DNA from: Candidatus Bathyarchaeia archaeon
Lineage (GTDB): Archaea; Thermoproteota; Bathyarchaeia; Bathyarchaeales; Bathycorpusculaceae
Assembly: GCA_038882655.1 (NCBI GenBank)
Contig: JAVZNT010000002.1
Coordinates: forward strand, 1 to 64,000
Length of the DNA: 64,000 nucleotides
Direction: 5' to 3'
Notes under the pieces: model-generated
The model's database searches: none
What the model was told of the DNA's origin: nothing
Seen by the model: only the letters and a program-made list of their open reading frames with translations
Translations under genes and position numbers: made by a program
Part shown: piece by piece, positions 9,690 through 18,102 of the stretch
Numbering within the stretch: the stretch's first letter is position 1
How the letters are laid out: each line of letters opens with the position of its first letter

Positions 9690-10007
9690 AATAAATCTTG
9701 CAGCTTTTTAAGGCTTAAGTTTTGCTGATGGCTTCGTTAACCATAGAAAAGCGCCTGCAAAAAGCATGCACCTCATTCATGATGAGAAGTCATGAACCTT
9801 GCGCGGCTGAGCACAAGCTTTTACGTAACGCTCTAACAAGCGACATGATTTCTAAAGGGCGGTTAAGAAGTTGATGTCTAAAAATACTAGTTGCCCCTTG
9901 AGAAAAGCTATAGAGAACATCTTTTGGCATGGTCAAGCATTTGAATAGCTTTTTCTATAAGCTTAGACCTATTAAAGGTTGAAAGCATTAAATGGACTTG
10001 AAAGGTT

Positions 10008-11231
10008 ATGGCGGAAAATGTCCGCGAGCTCTTAAAAGCTCATGAAGGATTGAGACGTGAGGTTTACCTAGACATTGAAAACTCAAGCATGGTTCCAAAC
10101 GAGGTCGTTGAGGCTATGCTCCCATACTTTAACCAACGCGCCTATGGTAATCCGACGCTTACCCACAAGCCTGGATGGGAAGCTTTCGAAGCTATAATGA
10201 AATCAGCCCAAGAAATAGCCGGCTTCATGGGTTGCAAAAACCTTGAAGAGGTTAATTTTACGCCGGGCGAAACAGAAGCTAACAACCTCGCCTTGCTAGG
10301 TGCAACTCTTCAGATGCGGAGGAAGGGTAAGAAAATTGTGATTTCTGAAGTTGAGCCGTTAAGCATTATGCACGTGGCTGAAATGCTCGCCAAATACGGT
10401 TTTACTGTAACAAAAATCCCAGTTGACGGTGAGGGCTTTATAAACCTCGAAAAATTGAAGGAAACCATTAACAGCGAAACTATTCTCGTAAGCCTCTCCG
10501 TTGTAAACCACGAAATAGGAACAATACAACCCATAAAAGAAGCCCAAGAAATCGTTAAGGACAAGAATCCAAACGCAATATTTCACACAGACGCCTCAGA
10601 CGCTTATGGAAAAATACCATTCAAAGTGCAAAACTTAGGCTTGGACATGGCAACAATAAGCAGCTACAAAATCCTGGGACCCCGCGGAATAGGCGCCCTC
10701 TACGTAAAGGAAGGCGTAAACATAGAAAGAATAATGGAGGGGCAGCTTGGCACACAAAAGCTTTGGCCAGGCGTCGAAAACACGCCACTAATAGTTGGCT
10801 TTGCAAAAGCCTCTGAGCTCGCCTTCCAAAACTTTGAAGACAACGTTCGACGCATGTGGAGACTGAGGGACAAGCTCATAAACGGAATCTTTGAGAAAGT
10901 AGCTGACGTGCGCCTAAACGGTCCAAAGAGCGAGAAAAGGGCGCCCGACAATGCCAACATAAGCTTCCTACGCTGTGAAGGCGAAGCCCTAACAATTGAG
11001 TTAAGCCTAAATGGCGTTTATGTTTCAAGCGGAAGCGCATGCACAAGACGCTTATTACAGCCAAGCCACGTCCTAACAGCCATAGGCAGAAAATTCGAGG
11101 AAGCCCATGGAAGCATACTCATGAAGGTTACCCGCTATCACACGGAAGAGGACATAGACTACGTTTTGGAAGTACTGCCAAAAGCCGTTGAGAGGCTTAG
11201 GGGGATAACTGGCACAACAGTGGTGGAATAA
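10008..11231 (+). CDS. IscS/NifS-fold protein with degenerate PLP/substrate site
   Basis: Class I desulfurase layout, VSSGSAC and K-x-x-GP kept; EPLS, DASD, WPGV, SILMK replace EHKAV, DATQ, RSGT, SIRFS. Confidence 0.85.
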   Translation: MAENVRELLKAHEGLRREVYLDIENSSMVPNEVVEAMLPYFNQRAYGNPTLTHKPGWEAFEAIMKSAQEIAGFMGCKNLEEVNFTPGETEANNLALLGATLQMRRKGKKIVISEVEPLSIMHVAEMLAKYGFTVTKIPVDGEGFINLEKLKETINSETILVSLSVVNHEIGTIQPIKEAQEIVKDKNPNAIFHTDASDAYGKIPFKVQNLGLDMATISSYKILGPRGIGALYVKEGVNIERIMEGQLGTQKLWPGVENTPLIVGFAKASELAFQNFEDNVRRMWRLRDKLINGIFEKVADVRLNGPKSEKRAPDNANISFLRCEGEALTIELSLNGVYVSSGSACTRRLLQPSHVLTAIGRKFEEAHGSILMKVTRYHTEEDIDYVLEVLPKAVERLRGITGTTVVE

Positions 11232-11232
11232 G

Positions 11233-11733
11233 ATGTCGCGCGTACCTCTGCCCTACAGCCAAAAAATCCTTGAACTTTTCAGAAACCCTAAAAACCTTGG
11301 AAGAATGGAAGACGCTACAGTTTCAGCCGTAGCTGGAAACCCCCAGTGTGGAGACATGATAACCTTTTATCTAAAAATAAACGAGCAGGACATAATTGAA
11401 AAGGCAACCTTTGAAAGCTATGGATGCGCCGCCAACATAGCCACATCCAGTATAGTAACAGAAAAAGTGAAGGGAATGAAACTTGAAGACGCATGGAAAA
11501 TTACATGGAAAGGCGTAGCGGAAGAAGTTGGCGGACTCCCAGCGGTAAAATTCCACTGTGGCATTCTAGCCGTCGGCGCTCTAAGACGCGCCATAAGAGC
11601 CTACTACAAAAACAAGCAGACAATGCCGGAATGGCTTCCAAAAGACCTAACCTTTGAGGAAAAACAAGCCCTAGAGGAGGAGGAACTGGCAAGAATCCTC
11701 GAGAAAAAGATGAAGATGGCGGAGGGAAAATAA
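11233..11733 (+). CDS. iscU: Fe-S scaffold IscU/NifU-N with charged C-terminal extension
   Basis: NPKNLG, GNPQCGD, YGCA, LPAVKFHC. Confidence 0.92.
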   Translation: MSRVPLPYSQKILELFRNPKNLGRMEDATVSAVAGNPQCGDMITFYLKINEQDIIEKATFESYGCAANIATSSIVTEKVKGMKLEDAWKITWKGVAEEVGGLPAVKFHCGILAVGALRRAIRAYYKNKQTMPEWLPKDLTFEEKQALEEEELARILEKKMKMAEGK

Positions 11734-12971
11734 TGTTCAACCCATACAAGATTAGGGAAGACTTCCCAATTTTAAAACGCAAAATAAACAATCACCCACT
11801 CATCTATTTTGATAACGCCGCCACATCCCAGAAACCAAAACAAGTGATAGAGGCCATAAAAGAGTACTATGAAATGCATAACGCCAACGTCCACAGAGCA
11901 GTGCACACCCTCTCGTTGGAGGCAACGGAGCTTTATGAAAGCGCCCACGAGGAAACAGCCAAATTCATAGGAGCGGAAAGCACCGAAGAAATAGTCTTCA
12001 CAAAAGGAACAACAGAGGCCATAAACACTGTCACTTACTCTTGGGGATTGCGAAACCTCAAACAAGGCGACGAGGTTCTAGTCACACTCATGGAACACCA
12101 CAGTAACATCGTGCCATGGGAAATCCTCTCAAAAATAAAGGACTTCAAAGTACGCTACATAGACGTCAACGAAGATGGAACCCTAAACAAACAAGCCCTT
12201 GAAGAAGCCCTTTCTCCAAAAGTAAAAATAGTCTGCATGGCACACGTCTCAAACGTCACTGGCGTGATAAATGATGTGCAGTATGCTGCAAAACTCGCCC
12301 ATGAAAACAACGCCCTAATCCTCATCGACGGCGCCCAATCTGTACCCCACATACCAATAAACGTGAAGGAAATAGACTGCGACTTCCTAGCCTTTTCTGG
12401 ACATAAAATGCTTGGACCTACGGGCATAGGCGTCCTATATGGCAGACGGGAAATCCTAGAAGAAATGGAGCCCTTCCATGGAGGGGGCGAAATGATACGT
12501 GAAGTCTCTTACAACCCAAAAACCAAAAGCTGCACAATAACATGGAATGAAACCCCATGGAAATTCGAGGCTGGAACACCAAATATATGCGGCGGAGTAG
12601 GCTTAATGGCAGCTGTAAAATACCTAAAAAATCTTGGAATGGAAAAGGTTAAAGCCCATGAATGCGCCCTAACCGAATACGCCATAAAACGCCTCCAAGA
12701 ATGCCAAAAAGTCAAGGTTTATGGACCAAAGGACGTGAAAGCCAAATGCGGCATAGTGCCTTTCAACCTTGAAGGTTTCGACTCCCACGACTTGGCTCTG
12801 CTCTTGGACACTTATGGCATAATGATAAGAAGCGGCTTCCACTGCGCCCAACCACTACATCAAAGATTCGGGCTAAAATCATCAGCAAGAGCAAGCTTCT
12901 ACATATACAACACCCGCGAAGAAATCGACAAGCTAGTGGAAGCCCTAAAGGAGATCGAACAATCCCTATGA
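11733..12971 (+). CDS. sufS: Cysteine desulfurase, SufS subfamily
   Basis: YFDNAATSQKP, EHHSNIVPW, DGAQ, SGHKMLGPTG, FEAGTP, RSGFHCAQP. Confidence 0.94.
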   Translation: MFNPYKIREDFPILKRKINNHPLIYFDNAATSQKPKQVIEAIKEYYEMHNANVHRAVHTLSLEATELYESAHEETAKFIGAESTEEIVFTKGTTEAINTVTYSWGLRNLKQGDEVLVTLMEHHSNIVPWEILSKIKDFKVRYIDVNEDGTLNKQALEEALSPKVKIVCMAHVSNVTGVINDVQYAAKLAHENNALILIDGAQSVPHIPINVKEIDCDFLAFSGHKMLGPTGIGVLYGRREILEEMEPFHGGGEMIREVSYNPKTKSCTITWNETPWKFEAGTPNICGGVGLMAAVKYLKNLGMEKVKAHECALTEYAIKRLQECQKVKVYGPKDVKAKCGIVPFNLEGFDSHDLALLLDTYGIMIRSGFHCAQPLHQRFGLKSSARASFYIYNTREEIDKLVEALKEIEQSL

Positions 12972-13240
12972 GCGCTGTCCCAAACGATTACATAGCAAGA
13001 ATCGAAGAGGCATGCGGAGAAGAAAAAGACTACATAATCCACTTCAAATATGACAAAAAAGAAGAGGCAATAACAAAAATACTGAAAAAAGCCGCATTAC
13101 AAAAAACCGTGGTAAAAATAATCTTCGACCTAACATACAAAGAAACCCAAATACGCTTATATGCGACTGGGAAAGCCATCTTCAAAAAAGTGAAAGATAA
13201 AGACCAGCTGAACCAAATCCTAACAGAATTACTCTCTTAA
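12968..13240 (+). CDS. Small hypothetical protein, translationally coupled to sufS
   Basis: ATGA overlap with sufS stop; single Cys (EEACG); IRLYATGKAIF. Confidence 0.7.
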   Translation: MSAVPNDYIARIEEACGEEKDYIIHFKYDKKEEAITKILKKAALQKTVVKIIFDLTYKETQIRLYATGKAIFKKVKDKDQLNQILTELLS

Positions 13241-13278
13241 ACCTTCAATTTCCACATTTTAAGTGGCAAAGTTTATAA

Positions 13279-13306
13279 GTATTACTTTTTAATTAAAAAG
13301 TAATAC
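13279..13306. promoter_or_regulatory. Perfect 28-bp palindrome, NikR-type operator, next to a TATA box
   Basis: GTATTACTTTTTAATTAAAAAGTAATAC (GTATTA-N16-TAATAC) directly after TTTATAA (13272-13278), 13 nt before the cbiM ATG. Confidence 0.8.
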
Positions 13307-13319
13307 CGAGGTCGATTAA

Positions 13320-13982
13320 ATGCATATACCAGACGGCTACATAAGCCCAGAAATCGCCGCCATGATGATTGCAATATCCATCATCTTCCTTGTTTTATCA
13401 TGGAAAAAGGCAAAAACAATATACCCGAAAGCATTAGCCCCATTGTTGGCAGTTTCAAGCGCCTTCGTCTTCGCAGCCCAGATGGTTAACTTCCCAATAA
13501 CATATGGAACAAGCGGACACTTGGTGGGCGGAACATTCCTCTCAGTGGTTTTAGGCCCTTATGCGGCAATCCTAAGCATGACAATAGTCCTACTAATGCA
13601 GGCGCTGTTCTTCGCAGACGGCGGAATAATGGCCCTAGGAGCAAACATTTTTAACATGGCGGTTATAGGCGGCTTAAGCTTCTTCATAGTTAAACTTATA
13701 GCTGGGAACTCAACCAGAGGCAAACGCTTTTTTATAGGCGTATTCACAGCTTCATGGCTATCAGTTGTTCTAGGGGCTTTGGCATGCGGCTTGCAAATAG
13801 GGTTTTCACCAGTCTTCACGGAAGCTGGTGGAATAACCGTAACAGTCCCAGCTATGCTTTTTTGGCATGTGCTAATAGGCATCGGCGAAGCATCAATAAC
13901 AACGACAGCCATAACACAACTGTACCGAGTGCAACCCGCAGTATTGAATGGTTTAGCTTTCCTAAAGAGGGAAGCCCTTTGA
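13320..13982 (+). CDS. cbiM: ECF Ni/Co transporter substrate component CbiM/NikM
   Basis: N-terminal MHIPDG, GTSGHLVGG, QALFFADGG. Confidence 0.93.
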   Translation: MHIPDGYISPEIAAMMIAISIIFLVLSWKKAKTIYPKALAPLLAVSSAFVFAAQMVNFPITYGTSGHLVGGTFLSVVLGPYAAILSMTIVLLMQALFFADGGIMALGANIFNMAVIGGLSFFIVKLIAGNSTRGKRFFIGVFTASWLSVVLGALACGLQIGFSPVFTEAGGITVTVPAMLFWHVLIGIGEASITTTAITQLYRVQPAVLNGLAFLKREAL

Positions 13983-14260
13983 AAGGCTACGTTGAAGCAT
14001 TAATCCTAATAGCTGTCGGGCTTGCAATCCTAATACCTTTCGCCTCATCCTACCCAGACGGCTTAGAAACGGTGGCTGAAACTCTTAAAGTGGAAGAGGC
14101 GAAACCATTCTGGGGTGGGTTGATGCCAGACTACACCCTACCAGCAATCGAAAACCCATACCTCTCGACATTGGCAGCGGGCTTCTTCGGACTAATCATA
14201 GTTTCGGCTACAGCATACGCCCTAGGCAATTTAATATCAAAAGAGGACGAAACAAAATAG
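13979..14260 (+). CDS. PDGLE-domain membrane protein (NikN-like)
   Basis: ASSYPDGLE, MPDY, two TM helices; TTG start overlaps the cbiM stop. Confidence 0.85.
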   Translation: MKGYVEALILIAVGLAILIPFASSYPDGLETVAETLKVEEAKPFWGGLMPDYTLPAIENPYLSTLAAGFFGLIIVSATAYALGNLISKEDETK

Positions 14261-14274
14261 GATAGACTGTTTAG

Positions 14275-14943
14275 CTATTCTCTGCTTGCAAGTATAACTA
14301 TGTAGTCTGCCGTGTCAGCACACATATCGGCAGCATGCTCAATAAACTCCACTAGGTCATCGAAAATAACCATTGAGCCGCTATCTATCTGCCCTCCATA
14401 TTTAACGAATAAGGCTTTAGTTTTAAGATATTCATCGTCGATTTTCCTTTCGATTTCCTCAACTTTTTTCGCCCCATTTACAGCCGCAGGAGAGTCTACA
14501 GCGATTTTCTCAATGCTGCCCCTCAAGGCTTGGGCACAATCCACGAGAAACAATGTGGTGTGGGCGGTGTGCTCCCAAAGCTCCTTCGGAATTTTAGCTC
14601 CTTCAAGCATCTTAATGCATCTCGCCGCATCTTTCACATGGTCAGCAAGGGTGTCAAGCCTCTTCACAAGGTGCATCAAATCTTCACGGTAATCTGCAAA
14701 AAGAGCCACACCCTTCGAAAGTTCCTTAAAAACCTCTGTTCTGAGACTGTCAACCTCCTTTTCAACTTTGAAAACGTTCTCTATGTGCTGCATGGCTTCT
14801 TTTCTATTGCCTTCAGCCATCTTCTGCATAGCATAATGCAGAAGCGTCACCGTGTCCAAAGCCTTTGTAATCTGCTCTTGTGCCAAGTCAAGGGCTTTTG
14901 TTCTCCTCCGTCTCTCAAACCATGCATAGCTTTTCTTTTCCAA
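14275..14943 (-). CDS. DUF47 / PhoU-like phosphate transport regulator
   Basis: EKEVDSLR, REDL..L..LDTLAD, EEIERKID, ADMCADTAD. Confidence 0.82.
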   Translation of the reverse strand: MEKKSYAWFERRRRTKALDLAQEQITKALDTVTLLHYAMQKMAEGNRKEAMQHIENVFKVEKEVDSLRTEVFKELSKGVALFADYREDLMHLVKRLDTLADHVKDAARCIKMLEGAKIPKELWEHTAHTTLFLVDCAQALRGSIEKIAVDSPAAVNGAKKVEEIERKIDDEYLKTKALFVKYGGQIDSGSMVIFDDLVEFIEHAADMCADTADYIVILASRE

Positions 14944-15014
14944 GTTAAACTCATCCCCTTAACAATAAGGTATTATGAAATGCTTAATAACGCTTTGCAA
15001 AACTTGTACTATCC

Positions 15015-15464
15015 TTATTCTGCTTCTGCAACCCAGTAAGCCTTCTCCTTGCCTTCTTTGGTGGTTACATACTCCTTTTTGAAAATTGGAGCTTCTTTCT
15101 TGTACCTTTCAACGGCTTTCCTTAAAACTGGAAAAACATCCTTTCTATGGGTGCCAGCAACTAAAACGTACACAAGGTCTTCGCCGACGTTAAACTCGCC
15201 GAGAAAATGGTGTATTTGGACGTCAATAATACCTCTTCTCCCCTTTAATTCTTGGCATACACTCGACAGCACTTCATCAGCTTTTTCCTCATAAGCCTCC
15301 ACCTCAAGCTTTTGAACCTTTTCGCCCTTCGATGTTTCTCCACGAACAACGCCCATGAAAATCGCTATAGCTCCAGCTTTCTGAAATTCGGCGCAGCCTT
15401 TCACTTCCCTAATCAAGTTTTCGAGGCTAAGGTCTCCTTTCCCATGTGTAAATTTGCGGGGCAT
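15015..15464 (-). CDS. moaE: Molybdopterin synthase catalytic subunit MoaE
   Basis: GAIAIFMGVVR, LEVEAY, HRKDVF, KKEAPIFKKE. Confidence 0.92.
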   Translation of the reverse strand: MPRKFTHGKGDLSLENLIREVKGCAEFQKAGAIAIFMGVVRGETSKGEKVQKLEVEAYEEKADEVLSSVCQELKGRRGIIDVQIHHFLGEFNVGEDLVYVLVAGTHRKDVFPVLRKAVERYKKEAPIFKKEYVTTKEGKEKAYWVAEAE

Positions 15465-15493
15465 AGTCCATCACACTCAGATAAGGCGTTGGA

Positions 15494-16519
15494 TTAAATG
15501 TATTTTCTCATATCTTCGGTCGCGGCTGACGGTACTGGTAAGTCCTTCATGGAGAGTAGGCCCGCTGGAGCCTTCAACACCTTTGGAATAGAGTTTATGA
15601 TTATTGCCACGGTGCCCGCGTCTCCATGGATGCACGGCTGAATTTTCTGTTTGATGGCTGGAACACCAGTGATTGTTATGGCATCGTACTCTTCTTTAGC
15701 TCCAATATATGCTTGAAAGTCTAGAGCGATAACTTCTTTGCCCTTCATGATACCTTTTGCCTTCTGCCTCAAACCTGCAACCTTTCCAGCCTCAACCCTT
15801 ATGAAGTCGCTTTTCACTGGTTCTTTGGCTATTACTGGTTCAACAGGCTCGGCCCTTATTTCATCAAGTTTCCATACCAAAGCATCTGCAATCATCGCAA
15901 TGGATTGTTCTAGTCCTACGTGCCCGGTTATCTCTCCCTTCTCGATTTTTTGTTGAAATTCCTCTGCTGTTAAGCCTGCCCCTATCTTTTTCTGGAATGG
16001 TAAACGTCTTGTTGCAGCGTTCATAACTCTGACAGCTTCGATTTTCTCTATTTTTTGGCAGGCAGCCGTCAGCGTTATTACAAGAGTATCCATTAGGAAG
16101 CCCGGATTTATTCCTGCGCCTAAAACTGTTGCGCCATGCTTTTTGGCTAGTTGGTCTAGTTCTTTTGCGAGTTTTGGCGTTGAATAGTGAGGATATGAGA
16201 GTTCTTCGCATGTTGATATCACTTTTGCGCCATGTTTAACAATAGAGGCTATCTGAGGATAGGTGTCTTTTAGATAGGATGAGGTTGCGTGAATGACAAT
16301 GTCCGGCTTTGCTTTTGAGAGTACGGCGTTAACATCGCTTGAAACTGTTACGCCTAATTCCTTGTTTAAGCCTAAAACTTCGCCTAAATTTTTGCCAACC
16401 TTATCCTTTGCAACATCAATTACGCCGACCACCTTTACGCCTCTTTTTTCAAGGAGAGATTTTACTATTAAACTTCCAACAGCGCCAACTCCATATAAAA
16501 CAACTCTAACATCTTTCAT
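15494..16519 (-). CDS. NAD(P)-dependent amine dehydrogenase, 2,4-diaminopentanoate dehydrogenase (Ord)/DapB-like
   Basis: YGVGAVG, ISTCEELSYP, GAGINPGFLMD, GHVGL, GDAGT. Confidence 0.75.
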   Translation of the reverse strand: MKDVRVVLYGVGAVGSLIVKSLLEKRGVKVVGVIDVAKDKVGKNLGEVLGLNKELGVTVSSDVNAVLSKAKPDIVIHATSSYLKDTYPQIASIVKHGAKVISTCEELSYPHYSTPKLAKELDQLAKKHGATVLGAGINPGFLMDTLVITLTAACQKIEKIEAVRVMNAATRRLPFQKKIGAGLTAEEFQQKIEKGEITGHVGLEQSIAMIADALVWKLDEIRAEPVEPVIAKEPVKSDFIRVEAGKVAGLRQKAKGIMKGKEVIALDFQAYIGAKEEYDAITITGVPAIKQKIQPCIHGDAGTVAIIINSIPKVLKAPAGLLSMKDLPVPSAATEDMRKYI

Positions 16520-16652
16520 AGTTGTGCTCCTCGCGGTTTATGGTTTATTTGGTGATGCGGTCTATAAAAGAGGTTTGGCTTATGATTTAAAGCTTTACAT
16601 TTGTAAAGTTTATATCTCTGAGCCTTCCCAATAATAGGAAGGCGGGCTAAGT

Positions 16653-18095
16653 TTGAGCACTGGAAAAACCATAACTTACAGAGAAGTCCTCGCCGAATAT
16701 TCAGATGCCGAGAAAATTAAGTTCTGCTTTGAATGCGGCATATGCACGGCAAGCTGCCCCATGGCAGAACTTCTAAAAGGGGAGTACAACCCGAGAAACA
16801 TTCTTGAAAAAATTTTTTTAAACATCAAAGAAGCTTTTGTTTCAGATGAGATTTGGCTCTGCGCTTGGTGTTATCGCTGCTATAGGCATTGTCCTCAAGC
16901 ATTAAAACCGCCAGAAATATTCCTCTACGCCCGAAAGTTCGCAATCAAAGCTGGATATAAACAAGCATTTGAAAACGCTATCCAAAAAATTGTTAAGGTA
17001 TCTCCCATCCCTCTAGTCACGATTCATGCCTGTTTCCATCCGGAGCGCGCAGGATTAGACTTAAGCAAGGTCATAAAAGAAGCCGAAAAACTGAGAAAGG
17101 AATTTTTAGAGGAGAAAAAAAGGGAAATTAAGGCAGAACCAGCAAAAAAGAAAGTTGCGGTTATAGGTTCTGGACCTGCAGGACTCACCGTTGCTCATGA
17201 TTTAACTTTGAAAAACTATGAAGTTACGATTTTTGAGGCTATGAAAGAGCCTGGTGGCATGTTAAGGAAGTGTTTGCCCGCCTATCGTCTTCCAAGGGAA
17301 CTTTTAGACATGGACATACAAGCATTGAAGGACCTCGATGTGGAAATAAAGACTGGTGTGACAGTTGGTAAAGATGTTGATTTTAACAGTTTACGGGGTC
17401 TAAGCTATGACGCCATTTTCGTTGGCGTTGGTGCCAATAAAGGGCAACACTTGAAAATTGAGGGCGCTGACTTAGAAGGGGTGGTGCATGCTCTAGACTT
17501 TCTCTGGATGTTTAACTCTGGAATAGCGCCGAATGTTAGGAATAAACGTGTTGCCATCATTGGCGGTGGAAATGTTGCAGTTGACTCCGCAAGAACCGCC
17601 CTCAAACACGGGGCTAAGGAGGCGATTATTTTTTATCGAAGGTCCAGGGAGGAGATGCCCGCAAACCCATGGGAAGTTAAGGAGGCAGAAAATGAGGACG
17701 CAAAAATTGAGTTTTTAGTCTCTCCGAAGAGAATTTTGGGTGAGGATAAAAGGGTTTTCGCTGTTGAGTTTGTTCGGATGAAGTTAGGCGAGTTAGATGA
17801 GACCGGAAGAAGAAAACCGATCCCCATTGAAGGTTCTGAATTTGTTAAAGAGGCGGACATGGTGGTTTTGGCGATAGGCGAAGTCCCAGATCTCCATTTT
17901 CTGCCTAAGGAAATTGAATTGAATGAGGGCGGAACAATTTGGGTTAACCCGTTAACTATGGAGACAACCCTTGAGGGTGTTTTCGCCGGGGGAGATGCTG
18001 TAACTGGTCCAGCCTCAATTATTGAGGCGATATGTGCTGGGAAAATTGCTGCCTATTCAATTGACTGTTATTTAAGATCCTCGGGTTTGAGGTGA
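16653..18095 (+). CDS. Fusion of an HdrC-like 2x[4Fe-4S] domain and a GltD/NfnB-like FAD/NAD(P) oxidoreductase
   Basis: CFECGICTASCP, WLCAWCYRCYRHCP; VIGSGPAG, IIGGGNVAVD, YRRSREEMPA, FAGGDAVTGP. Confidence 0.85.
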   Translation: MSTGKTITYREVLAEYSDAEKIKFCFECGICTASCPMAELLKGEYNPRNILEKIFLNIKEAFVSDEIWLCAWCYRCYRHCPQALKPPEIFLYARKFAIKAGYKQAFENAIQKIVKVSPIPLVTIHACFHPERAGLDLSKVIKEAEKLRKEFLEEKKREIKAEPAKKKVAVIGSGPAGLTVAHDLTLKNYEVTIFEAMKEPGGMLRKCLPAYRLPRELLDMDIQALKDLDVEIKTGVTVGKDVDFNSLRGLSYDAIFVGVGANKGQHLKIEGADLEGVVHALDFLWMFNSGIAPNVRNKRVAIIGGGNVAVDSARTALKHGAKEAIIFYRRSREEMPANPWEVKEAENEDAKIEFLVSPKRILGEDKRVFAVEFVRMKLGELDETGRRKPIPIEGSEFVKEADMVVLAIGEVPDLHFLPKEIELNEGGTIWVNPLTMETTLEGVFAGGDAVTGPASIIEAICAGKIAAYSIDCYLRSSGLR

Positions 18096-18102
18096 CTGAA
18101 AA

